Part shown: piece after piece, positions 10,999 to 19,110 of the stretch
Position numbering within the stretch: position 1 is the first letter of the stretch
Layout: the number at the start of each line of letters is the position of its first letter
NCBI GenBank assembly: GCA_017617125.1
Contig: JAFZWY010000039.1
Coordinates: forward strand, 13,145 to 77,144
Source of the DNA: Bacteroidales bacterium
GTDB taxonomy: Bacteria > Bacteroidota > Bacteroidia > Bacteroidales > ML635J-15
Length of the DNA stretch: 64,000 nt
Direction: 5' to 3'
The notes under the pieces: generated by a model
Told to the model about the DNA's origin: nothing
Seen by the model: the letters and a program-made list of their open reading frames with translations, nothing else
The model's database searches: none
Made by a program: the position numbers and the translations under genes

Positions 10999-12312
10999 AT
11001 GTTTGAGAGTTTATCGGAAAGATTAGAGAGATCGTTCAAGATACTGAAGGGCGAAGGTAAGATTACCGAAATAAACGTTGCCGAAACACTTAAGGACGTC
11101 CGCAAGGCTTTGCTTGATGCCGACGTCAACTACAAGACTGCCAAGCAGTTCACCGAAACTGTAAAGGAAGTGGCAATGGGCCAGAATGTAATCAAGTCCA
11201 TTAAGCCAAGCCAGTTGATGGTTAAGATTGCCCACGACGAGCTGGCAAAGCTCATGGGCGAAACCGCTGTCGACATCAACACCAAGGGAAATCCAGCAAT
11301 AATACTTATGTCGGGTCTGCAAGGTTCTGGTAAGACAACCTTCAGCGGCAAGCTGGCCAACATGCTTAAGACCAAGCGCAACAAGAAGCCTTTGCTTGTT
11401 GCCTGCGACGTTTACCGTCCTGCAGCTATCGAGCAAATCAAGGTTTTGGGCGAACAAATCAATGTTCCTGTTTACAGCGAAGACGGCAACAAGAATCCCG
11501 TGCAGATTGCACAGAACGGTATAAAGCACGCCAAGACCTACGGCTACGATGTTGTAATCGTCGATACCGCCGGTCGTCTGGCTGTTGACGAGGAAATGAT
11601 GAACGAAATCGAAAACATCAAGAAGGCTATCAACCCGCAGGAAATTCTTTTCGTAGTTGACTCGATGACTGGTCAGGATGCTGTAAATACCGCAAAGGAA
11701 TTCAACGATAGACTTGACTTCGACGGCGTAATCCTTACCAAGCTCGACGGTGATACCCGTGGTGGTGCTGCAATTTCTATCCGCAGCGTCGTCAACAAGC
11801 CGATAAAGTTTGTCGGTACCGGTGAAAAGATGGATGCAATCGATGTTTTCCATCCGCAACGTATGGCCGACAGAATTCTCGGCATGGGTGATATCCGCTC
11901 ACTCGTTGAACGTGCACAGGAGCAGTTCGACGAAGAGGAATCGCGCAAGTTGCAGAAGAAGATTGCAAAGAACACATTCAACTTCAACGACTTCCTTGCA
12001 CAAATCCAGCAAATCAAGAAGATGGGTAACATCAAGGATTTGGCAAGCATGATTCCTGGTCTGGGCAAGGCAATAAAGGACATCGACATCGACGACAATG
12101 CATTCAAGGGCATTGAGGCGATAATTCACTCGATGACACCTGCCGAACGCGAAAATCCCGACATCATCAACGGAAGCCGCCGCAAGAGAATTGCCGATGG
12201 TAGCGGAACAAGCGTAGCCGAAGTCAACCGTATCCTCAAGCAGTTCGAGGAAACCAAGAAGGCAATGCACTATATGTACGCCAACAAGGGAAAACGCTTC
12301 GGAAGAAGATAA
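10999..12312 (+). CDS. ffh: signal recognition particle protein Ffh
   Basis: GLQGSGKTT P-loop, DTAGR and TKLDGD GTPase boxes, and a Met-rich M domain. Confidence 0.95.
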   Translation: MFESLSERLERSFKILKGEGKITEINVAETLKDVRKALLDADVNYKTAKQFTETVKEVAMGQNVIKSIKPSQLMVKIAHDELAKLMGETAVDINTKGNPAIILMSGLQGSGKTTFSGKLANMLKTKRNKKPLLVACDVYRPAAIEQIKVLGEQINVPVYSEDGNKNPVQIAQNGIKHAKTYGYDVVIVDTAGRLAVDEEMMNEIENIKKAINPQEILFVVDSMTGQDAVNTAKEFNDRLDFDGVILTKLDGDTRGGAAISIRSVVNKPIKFVGTGEKMDAIDVFHPQRMADRILGMGDIRSLVERAQEQFDEEESRKLQKKIAKNTFNFNDFLAQIQQIKKMGNIKDLASMIPGLGKAIKDIDIDDNAFKGIEAIIHSMTPAERENPDIINGSRRKRIADGSGTSVAEVNRILKQFEETKKAMHYMYANKGKRFGRR

Positions 12313-12332
12313 TAGGATTAAATACCAATATG

Positions 12333-12358
12333 TACCCGTCTAAATGGCGGGTATTTTT
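12333..12358 (+). terminator. intrinsic terminator after ffh
   Basis: Stem TACCCG/CGGGTA followed by TTTTT. It ends 5 nt before the CYTH start codon. Confidence 0.6.
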
Positions 12359-12363
12359 ATGAT

Positions 12364-12840
12364 ATGGCAAAGGAAATCGAACATAAGTTTACGGTAAAAG
12401 GCGATGGCTACAAATTGCTTTCCAGCCCTACCCTATACAGGCAGGGATACATTCCCACGCAAAACGGAATGACGGTAAGAGTGCGTATTGCTGGTGAAAA
12501 GGGATTCGTAACATTTAAGGACAAAACAGTCGGCATGAGCCGCAACGAGTTTGAATACGAAATTCCCATTCAGGATGCAAAGCAAATGCTCGACACCATG
12601 TGCAACAAACCACAAATTGAAAAGTACCGCTACATAATCCCCGCGAAGGAAGATGGTTTGAAATGGGAAGTCGACGAATTTCTTGGTGACAACGCTGGAC
12701 TTGTTGTTGCCGAAATCGAAGTTCCTACCGAAGAAACAAAATTCTCGTTTCCCGAATGGATTTACAAAGAAGTCACAGGCGACAAGAAATACAATAATTC
12801 ACAACTTTGCAAAAACCCGTATAAAGAATGGAAAAAATAA
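12364..12840 (+). CDS. CYTH-domain protein (triphosphate tunnel metalloenzyme)
   Basis: N-terminal EIEHKF matches the ExExK signature. About 158 aa, stand-alone CYTH size, with alternating beta-strand acidic/basic pattern. Confidence 0.85.
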   Translation: MAKEIEHKFTVKGDGYKLLSSPTLYRQGYIPTQNGMTVRVRIAGEKGFVTFKDKTVGMSRNEFEYEIPIQDAKQMLDTMCNKPQIEKYRYIIPAKEDGLKWEVDEFLGDNAGLVVAEIEVPTEETKFSFPEWIYKEVTGDKKYNNSQLCKNPYKEWKK

Positions 12841-13532
12841 GCCGTATAATAAGAATATTTGTTGTTTTTGGAATCGTTGCGTTGTTTTCGTTGCAAGTTT
12901 TTGCACAAGACAAGCCAACCGTTTCCATTCTAGGCGACTCGTACAGCACTTTCGAAGGCTACACGACACCGCTTGAAAACGAGCAATGGTACTTCAAGAC
13001 AAAGCGCGACCGCACCGATGTGGAAAAAGTGGAACAGACATGGTGGTGGATTCTTTGCGATGAATACGGACTGCAGCTCGACATCAACAATTCGTACAGC
13101 GGTTCAACAATCAGCTACAGCGGATACTACGGTCGCGACTACAAGGACCGCTCTTTCATTACACGCGCACCAAACATCGGCAATCCCGACATAATTCTCG
13201 TCTTCGGCGCTACAAACGACGACTGGGCAGGCGCACCGCAAGGAACTCTGAAATACGAAGATTGGACAGAAGAAGATTTATATTCTTTCCGCCCGGCAAT
13301 GACTTACCTAGCTTCGTATTTGTGCAAAAATCATCCAAAGGCAAAAATATATTTCATTGTAAACGATTGCCTTAAAGACGAAATCACATCAACAATCCGC
13401 GAAGTCTGCAATCATTATGGCATTTCGGTTATCGAATTGAAAAACATTGCCAAGAAATCCAGTCATCCTACAGTTGCAGGAATGAGACAGATTGCAGAAC
13501 AAGTTGGAACTGCTTTAAAACCAAAGGAGTAA
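12828..13532 (+). CDS. secreted SGNH/GDSL-family hydrolase
   Basis: Signal peptide, block I ILGDSYS and block III GATNDDW. The start overlaps the CYTH gene by 13 nt. Confidence 0.75.
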   Translation: MEKISRIIRIFVVFGIVALFSLQVFAQDKPTVSILGDSYSTFEGYTTPLENEQWYFKTKRDRTDVEKVEQTWWWILCDEYGLQLDINNSYSGSTISYSGYYGRDYKDRSFITRAPNIGNPDIILVFGATNDDWAGAPQGTLKYEDWTEEDLYSFRPAMTYLASYLCKNHPKAKIYFIVNDCLKDEITSTIREVCNHYGISVIELKNIAKKSSHPTVAGMRQIAEQVGTALKPKE

Positions 13533-13535
13533 CAG

Positions 13536-14228
13536 ATGCCAGAAATTGGTTCAAATACAGTCACTTGGAAGACATACTTTTATGTCCTTGCCGAAGCAAT
13601 TGCCAACAATGCCATCGACGAGGCGCAAGCAAGACACAATTTCCTGCAATACAGGCTCTCGGCTTTGTTCGACACGACTCCGCGTGGTGTGGAAAGTTTC
13701 TCTGAGGACAGTTTTCTTACCGAACTTCGCCGGCAAGGACTTACGCCAGACGATTTTCCGTACGACAATGTCCATAACTGCTACGAAATTAGAATGAAAA
13801 ACCACACATTCTGTCTGTTCTGCACCGAATTTATAACATTTTTCTCGCAGAACGCCTACCACATTTCCACCGACGGCAACAAGGACGGTAGCGTAAACAT
13901 TACCAGCCTGCCAACCAAACCGACAGCACAAATACTACATACAGCCGACGGGCTTTTCCCCGAATGGGAACGCCAGTGGCCCGAAACATATCGCCTTGCA
14001 ACCAAAGTTGCCAAGCAATTTGCCATCGACAGCCGTACAATCGATGCCATAGCAAATTCGTTCCTTGCGAGTTGCGGGAAATACAGCATCGAGCACCACA
14101 TCGGCAAATCAACGCTTAAGGCTGGCGGACAATCGTTCTGCCTTGACCATAGCACATTTGCCACCGATTATGCAAAAATTATGGGCGAAATAGCAATCTA
14201 TATGAAAGAAAGGAATCAGAAATGCTGA
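13536..14228 (+). CDS. hypothetical protein, paralog family member P1
   Basis: Shares full-length architecture with the proteins at 14222, 14953 and 16433 (L..L...G loop, W..EW motif, Y.IEH....S.L block). Starts 3 nt after the SGNH stop. Confidence 0.7.
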   Translation: MPEIGSNTVTWKTYFYVLAEAIANNAIDEAQARHNFLQYRLSALFDTTPRGVESFSEDSFLTELRRQGLTPDDFPYDNVHNCYEIRMKNHTFCLFCTEFITFFSQNAYHISTDGNKDGSVNITSLPTKPTAQILHTADGLFPEWERQWPETYRLATKVAKQFAIDSRTIDAIANSFLASCGKYSIEHHIGKSTLKAGGQSFCLDHSTFATDYAKIMGEIAIYMKERNQKC

Positions 14229-14968
14229 AACGCCAGTACTACATAAACCGACTTGCCGAAGACATCAGGATTTGCCGCGAAAACGGCACCGACACCGCTG
14301 CAGAAATTAGGATTAGCAGGCGCAAGTTCATCAGCAACTGCATAAATCAGCTAATGTACGACAAGCCATACGCTCACGCTGGATTTTCGATAGAACCCAT
14401 GATTGAACGGCTGAAAAGTCAAGGTATTGCAGATGAAAGAATAACTGTAAAGCCACGCCGTGAATATGAAATTGACCTTTGCGACACCAAAATCGTTATA
14501 AAAATGCGCTTCGACAGCCGCTACGGACAGATTTCGAAAATGGTTCTGCAAGACCTGTTTGACGAAATTGACATTTCGGACAAAAATCCCGACGACATCG
14601 CCGACATAATTGTCGCGATAGGCAGCTCGTATGCCGACTGGAACAGCGAATGGGACAGTATAGCCGAAGAAGCCATGCGCCTGTCGAAAAAGCAGGATGT
14701 CGAAAGGATTTCGCTGGAAACGCTCATCGCATCAAAGCTAAAAGGCAGCGGTATCGAGTATATGCTCGAACACAAGAAGACAAAATCGACGCTTACCGTA
14801 AAGGTCGGAAACCGCAAAATAAGCATGGACATCAGCCATCGTAGGCTTGTCGAAACCTGCGTAAACCTTCTGCCGACAATACGCGACGCAATGGAAAAGT
14901 TGAACGCCATTCCCGACGAGATCAGCATCGAACCAGCAAGCACAAAGGAAATATGGACAAAATCGTAA
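14222..14968 (+). CDS. hypothetical protein, paralog family member P2
   Basis: Family motifs are ADWNSEWDS and IEYMLEHKKTKSTL. Overlaps P1 by 7 nt. Confidence 0.7.
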   Translation: MLKRQYYINRLAEDIRICRENGTDTAAEIRISRRKFISNCINQLMYDKPYAHAGFSIEPMIERLKSQGIADERITVKPRREYEIDLCDTKIVIKMRFDSRYGQISKMVLQDLFDEIDISDKNPDDIADIIVAIGSSYADWNSEWDSIAEEAMRLSKKQDVERISLETLIASKLKGSGIEYMLEHKKTKSTLTVKVGNRKISMDISHRRLVETCVNLLPTIRDAMEKLNAIPDEISIEPASTKEIWTKS

Positions 14969-15681
14969 CCGCAATGCACTCACAGACCGACATAATATCC
15001 CAACTTGCCGAAGACCTTGAAATCGCTCGTCTTTGTGGCGACGACGAAACCGTAGCAAAAGTACATTTCGTGCAGCACAAGATGTCGGAAACCATATCGC
15101 CCGACACAGAAAAAGAGTTCCACCTTGCAGCCGAACTGCTCGTCAGAAGGTTGAAGGACAATGGCTTTGCGATTCCAGAACTCACCGCCGGCAACAGCAT
15201 CATAAACATAGACCTTGGCACAATCGGCATCGAAGTGTATAGGCACGATTACCTGGGAAACGGCTATTTCCGCTTTGTGATGAACGGGCAGAAATCGGCG
15301 GAATACAAGATTTGCATTTCAACAGAGCAACTTGCCCAAACAATAACCGACTTGCCCGAGCTCGTCGCCAACTGGCTCGAAACAGACTATACCGAAGCTA
15401 AGGCAGAAGCGCACAAGCTGACTAAACAGCAGAAAATAAGCCGTCTATCGGCACAAACCTTGCTCGAAAACATTCTCAAGAAATTGGAAGTTTCGTACAG
15501 CATAGAGCACCTCACCGACCGAAGCGAAATAAGCATTGCTCTTTCAAACGACAAGCAACTGCATTTCTGCATAAACTACACCGATTTTGCCACCGAAATA
15601 GGCAAAATTCCCGAATTGATACGCTCGGCACAGTATTTTACGGAAAGGTTTCCTAAAGCAACATTAGAAGACAAACAATAA
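14953..15681 (+). CDS. hypothetical protein, paralog family member P3
   Basis: Family motifs are VANWLETDY and VSYSIEHLTDRSEIS. Overlaps P2 by 16 nt. Confidence 0.7.
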   Translation: MDKIVTAMHSQTDIISQLAEDLEIARLCGDDETVAKVHFVQHKMSETISPDTEKEFHLAAELLVRRLKDNGFAIPELTAGNSIINIDLGTIGIEVYRHDYLGNGYFRFVMNGQKSAEYKICISTEQLAQTITDLPELVANWLETDYTEAKAEAHKLTKQQKISRLSAQTLLENILKKLEVSYSIEHLTDRSEISIALSNDKQLHFCINYTDFATEIGKIPELIRSAQYFTERFPKATLEDKQ

Positions 15682-15686
15682 CACTA

Positions 15687-16010
15687 TTATTGTGCACGCT
15701 CTTCCTGCTGTGATTCTTTCAATGCTCGTACGTGTGTTATCAATGCATACACCATAAAAGCCAAGCCAGCAGTATACAAAACCGTTCCTAACCAACTTAA
15801 CCAATCGCCATCCCAGTTGCGGATAAAAATCCAGTACATGCTGAATATATACAGGAAAATTCCTGCAACAGAAAGAACAATCATTGACTTTATTCCGCTG
15901 TCACCTTTTACCTTCTTATAAAAAAAGTAGGCTGCAACAAATATTGCAACGGCAAAGATTATCCCACATGATAAAAATGCGCCAACAAATGTATACATAA
16001 TTATTCCCAT
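15687..16010 (-). CDS. small multi-pass membrane protein
   Basis: Three to four hydrophobic helices. The first ATG is at 16010 (the track start at 16022 is TTG). A TATTTTTG box lies on the minus strand at 16143-16150. Confidence 0.55.
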   Translation of the reverse strand: MGIIMYTFVGAFLSCGIIFAVAIFVAAYFFYKKVKGDSGIKSMIVLSVAGIFLYIFSMYWIFIRNWDGDWLSWLGTVLYTAGLAFMVYALITHVRALKESQQEERAQ

Positions 16011-16319
16011 TCTATTTATCAACTTTATAATTCCACTGCGAAAACGCCACTACCCGCGACCAATACATTGGCTAATACGCAAGCCAGCATAAGCATTACA
16101 CAACAGAATTTCCCCTTCATAAAACATCAATTAAATTTTCGGCAAAAATAATATTTTTGACAACAAACAGCAAAAAATTATAATTTTTTCTTAGTCTAAT
16201 AATTTATGGTTATCCAGCCCTTGTATTTTCATCATTTTTGGGGATTGCGCACTCACTGCAATGACAATAAATTTGCATATCCAAAGTTAATAAAGCATAC
16301 AAAATCATCGTAAAAATCC

Positions 16320-16350
16320 GGCTGTGCCGTCTGACACAGCCATTTTTTTT
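16320..16350 (+). terminator. orphan intrinsic terminator in the 410-nt spacer
   Basis: GGCTGTG-8 nt-CACAGCC followed by A and T8. No annotated gene ends here. Confidence 0.55.
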
Positions 16351-16432
16351 GCATGCAGTTAGCATAAAACTTGTACATTTGCAACCATAAACTAAATATT
16401 ACAGAAACAGATAGTCGAACTAACATACAAGA

Positions 16433-17167
16433 ATGACACCTCAGGAATACATAGCCATCCTCTCCGACCGTATTAGCGAATGCATTGCTCACGGATACGA
16501 CTACGCACCGATAGTGGAACGCGGCAAGGACGACTATATCAGCGAGAAGGTCGGCGAAATGATCTACCATTCTATATGGAAACGCAAGGACATCAGCATC
16601 GACCTGCTTGTTGAACACCTCGTGGAACTGGGCGTGCCAGCCGAAAACATTTTCGAAAAGGACGGTGACATTGCCGTAAGAATGAGCAATGTAAACATCA
16701 CAATCAAAAAGTCGGAAGCATATAGGCTAGGCGTGAAAATAGGCTTCTGCCTCGGCAACAACCTCTTCGACGTCACACGCAACGAAGAAAACGCCATCGC
16801 ACGGATTTTCACCGAGATAGACCGGCTATATCCAGTGTGGGAACAAGAATGGAACGAAATATTCGTCGAAATCAGCAAGCAGACCAAAAACATCGACATT
16901 TCAATACTTTCAATCGATGCAGTGGTGCGCAATAAACTAAAAGGAAGTAACTTGCCATTCCATATCGAACACCTTGCCGACGAATCGAAACTGTCGCTGC
17001 TGATTGAAGGCAAACGACAGATTACAATCGCAATTCCACACGACAAGATCACAGAAACAACAGCCTCTCTGCCCGAAACAATAAGGCACACAACCGAATT
17101 ATTAAAGCAACTGCCTGCATCGGTGATTGTAACCGATAACACTCGCGACGACTGGGAAACGATATGA
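16433..17167 (+). CDS. hypothetical protein, paralog family member P4
   Basis: Family motifs are YPVWEQEWNE and LPFHIEHLADESKLS. It has its own TACATTTG box at 16374-16381. Confidence 0.7.
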   Translation: MTPQEYIAILSDRISECIAHGYDYAPIVERGKDDYISEKVGEMIYHSIWKRKDISIDLLVEHLVELGVPAENIFEKDGDIAVRMSNVNITIKKSEAYRLGVKIGFCLGNNLFDVTRNEENAIARIFTEIDRLYPVWEQEWNEIFVEISKQTKNIDISILSIDAVVRNKLKGSNLPFHIEHLADESKLSLLIEGKRQITIAIPHDKITETTASLPETIRHTTELLKQLPASVIVTDNTRDDWETI

Positions 17168-17862
17168 GAACCGCAATATCCATAGTCGCATTTCTGCTGC
17201 TTATATCCGCAGCCTCATCGTTTGCCCAGACAGACGACAGAAGCCGCCGCAACATAAAAGGAATTGTTGAATCGTATACCGAAAACAACTACAAGATAGT
17301 CTATTCGAGCGACGGCTACTCGAAAGGCGAATGCTCCGAAAGCAAAACATTTCATTTCGACAGCGACGGCAACCTGTCCGATGCTCCAGCCAACGACCTT
17401 ACCTACGACTACAATACAAGTCATCAGGCTACAACCATCGTCTATAAGCCGACCGGCAGAATCACAATCAACGAACGCAAACGCAGCTTTACAATCGAGC
17501 GTACCGACGCCAAGTTCGTCTGCACATACAAGCAGAGCATACACCAGCCCACATCGGCAAAATTCTATCCCTGCCGCGGCTGCCGCCGACAGGAAGGCCG
17601 TACTGCAATATTCAAGTACGACAAACAGGGCAATATACTGAAAATCAGCAACTACATTTCGAAAATAGAAGTCAACGGCGACTACATATCAAGCACACGA
17701 AATGGAGGTTACAATTCATCAACGAAGTACGAACTGACCTTCGAATACGAGTACGACCATCTTGGCAACTGGAAAAGCATGAAGTGCTACAACGCAACGG
17801 GAATGCTGGTGGAATGGAAGGAAAGGGAATATAAATATAAATTCGAAGATTTGAAGATTTGA
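17164..17862 (+). CDS. secreted YD-repeat-like protein
   Basis: Signal peptide (AASSFAQ). YD-type repeats FKYDKQGNILKI and FEYEYDHLGNWKS. ATGA start/stop overlap with P4. Confidence 0.6.
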   Translation: MRTAISIVAFLLLISAASSFAQTDDRSRRNIKGIVESYTENNYKIVYSSDGYSKGECSESKTFHFDSDGNLSDAPANDLTYDYNTSHQATTIVYKPTGRITINERKRSFTIERTDAKFVCTYKQSIHQPTSAKFYPCRGCRRQEGRTAIFKYDKQGNILKISNYISKIEVNGDYISSTRNGGYNSSTKYELTFEYEYDHLGNWKSMKCYNATGMLVEWKEREYKYKFEDLKI

Positions 17863-17875
17863 AGATTTGATGATT
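17845..17875 (+). repeat. 8-bp tandem repeat (GAAGATTT) x3 plus a degenerate fourth unit, spanning the stop codon
   Basis: The sequence reads gaagatttgaagatttgaagatttgatgatt directly. The TGA at 17860-17862 lies across a unit junction. Confidence 0.9.
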
Positions 17876-17883
17876 ACATTGTG

Positions 17884-17937
17884 GCGATGCAATGCATTGC
17901 GTCGCACAAAAAACATCATGCGACAAATTTTGTCGCA
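17884..17937. promoter_or_regulatory. two palindromes sharing GCGAC/GTCGC arms (22 nt and 19 nt)
   Basis: GCGATGCAATG|CATTGCGTCGC at 17884-17905 and TGCGACAAA-T-TTTGTCGCA at 17919-17937. Neither is followed by a T-tract. Both lie between the P4/YD operon and the AAA-vWA promoter. Confidence 0.5.
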
Positions 17938-18001
17938 CCTTATTCATACCTTTGCCACGAAAATTATAAAAAACAATGTATGCAAAGTGCGTCAGATGGA
18001 C

Positions 18002-18009
18002 TATCTTTG
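18002..18009 (+). promoter_or_regulatory. -7 promoter box (TATCTTTG) for the AAA-vWA pair
   Basis: Exact TAnnTTTG 29 nt upstream of the ATG at 18038. A second box, TACCTTTG, lies at 17947-17954. Confidence 0.5.
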
Positions 18010-18037
18010 CAAACCTAAAAATTGAAAGGCATACGCG

Positions 18038-19108
18038 ATGGCAACAAACGTTAACACCAAGGAACTTAAGGAAATACTCGAGACTACGCCCGACAAGCAG
18101 AACATTATGCTCGTTGGAAAACACGGAATTGGCAAGTCGGAAATTCTAACCGAATTCTTCGAGGAGAAAGGAATGAAAGTTACCGCACTTTTCCTCGGCC
18201 AGATGAGCGACCCTGGCGACCTTATCGGTCTTCCGCGTCTCGACGAAAGCACTGGCAAGACAATGTTTATGCCGCCCTACTGGTTTCCGACCGACGGCAA
18301 GCCTGTAGTGCTTTTCCTCGACGAGCTTAACCGCGCGCGCCCCGAAGTGCTTCAGACAATCATGGACTTGGCGTTGAATCGCAAACTGGCAGGCAGAAGC
18401 CTTCCCGAAGGCAGCCGCCTGGTTTCGGCAGTTAACGAAGGCGAGGAATACCAGCTCACCGACCTCGACCCTGCCCTTGTGTCGCGATTCAACATTTACA
18501 ACTTCCGTCCTACCGTTGCCGAATGGCTGTTGTGGGCTGCCGAGCAAAAAGTTGACGAGCGTGTAATAACCTTCATTCAGGAAAATCCGCGTTTCCTCGA
18601 CACCTGCGACAAGGCTGGTGACGAAACTGGCCTCGACAAAAGTCCCGACCGCCGCGCGTGGAAAAAAGTTTCCGACTGCATAAAGGATTGCCCCGAACTA
18701 AAAGCCATTCACAAGAAAATTATTTCGGGAATCGTCGGTGCACAGGCAACTACGGCGTTCATGAGTTCAATTTCGCAGAACAGAATCCTCAGTGCAAAGG
18801 AAATCCTGATGAACTACGAAAAGCACAAGGCAAAGATTGACAAGTACATGCTTCACGAAACAGCCGTCGCAAACGAATCAATCTTCCGCTTCCTCGAAAC
18901 CCAGGAATTTTCCGATGACGACAAGCCGACAATCGCACAGAACCTTGCCCTGTATGTCAAAGGCCTGCAATCGCCGAAGAAAAAGGAAGAGTTTGCCCAT
19001 TTCGTGTCGATTTACGAGAAAGGCACTTACACACAAGCTATTGTCTTCATACTTACCGAAGCTCCTGAACTATACACGCAGATGACCAGCTTCATCAAAA
19101 ACCTGTAG
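18038..19108 (+). CDS. MoxR/CbbQ-like AAA+ ATPase (AAA_5 type)
   Basis: Walker A GKHGIGKS, Walker B VLFLDELNRA, sensor region LDPALVSRF. Single AAA module with a helical C-terminal domain. Confidence 0.8.
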   Translation: MATNVNTKELKEILETTPDKQNIMLVGKHGIGKSEILTEFFEEKGMKVTALFLGQMSDPGDLIGLPRLDESTGKTMFMPPYWFPTDGKPVVLFLDELNRARPEVLQTIMDLALNRKLAGRSLPEGSRLVSAVNEGEEYQLTDLDPALVSRFNIYNFRPTVAEWLLWAAEQKVDERVITFIQENPRFLDTCDKAGDETGLDKSPDRRAWKKVSDCIKDCPELKAIHKKIISGIVGAQATTAFMSSISQNRILSAKEILMNYEKHKAKIDKYMLHETAVANESIFRFLETQEFSDDDKPTIAQNLALYVKGLQSPKKKEEFAHFVSIYEKGTYTQAIVFILTEAPELYTQMTSFIKNL

Positions 19109-19110
19109 AC

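Noticed and set aside
11023-11859. 278-aa antisense ORF within ffh, and similar ORFs at 60479-61192 (within lon), 61885-62622 (within the U32 peptidase gene), 9487-10026 (within marC) and 56102-56788 (within exbB/exbD)
   Set aside because: All are mirror-frame ORFs of strongly supported genes. None has an independent promoter or recognisable motifs.
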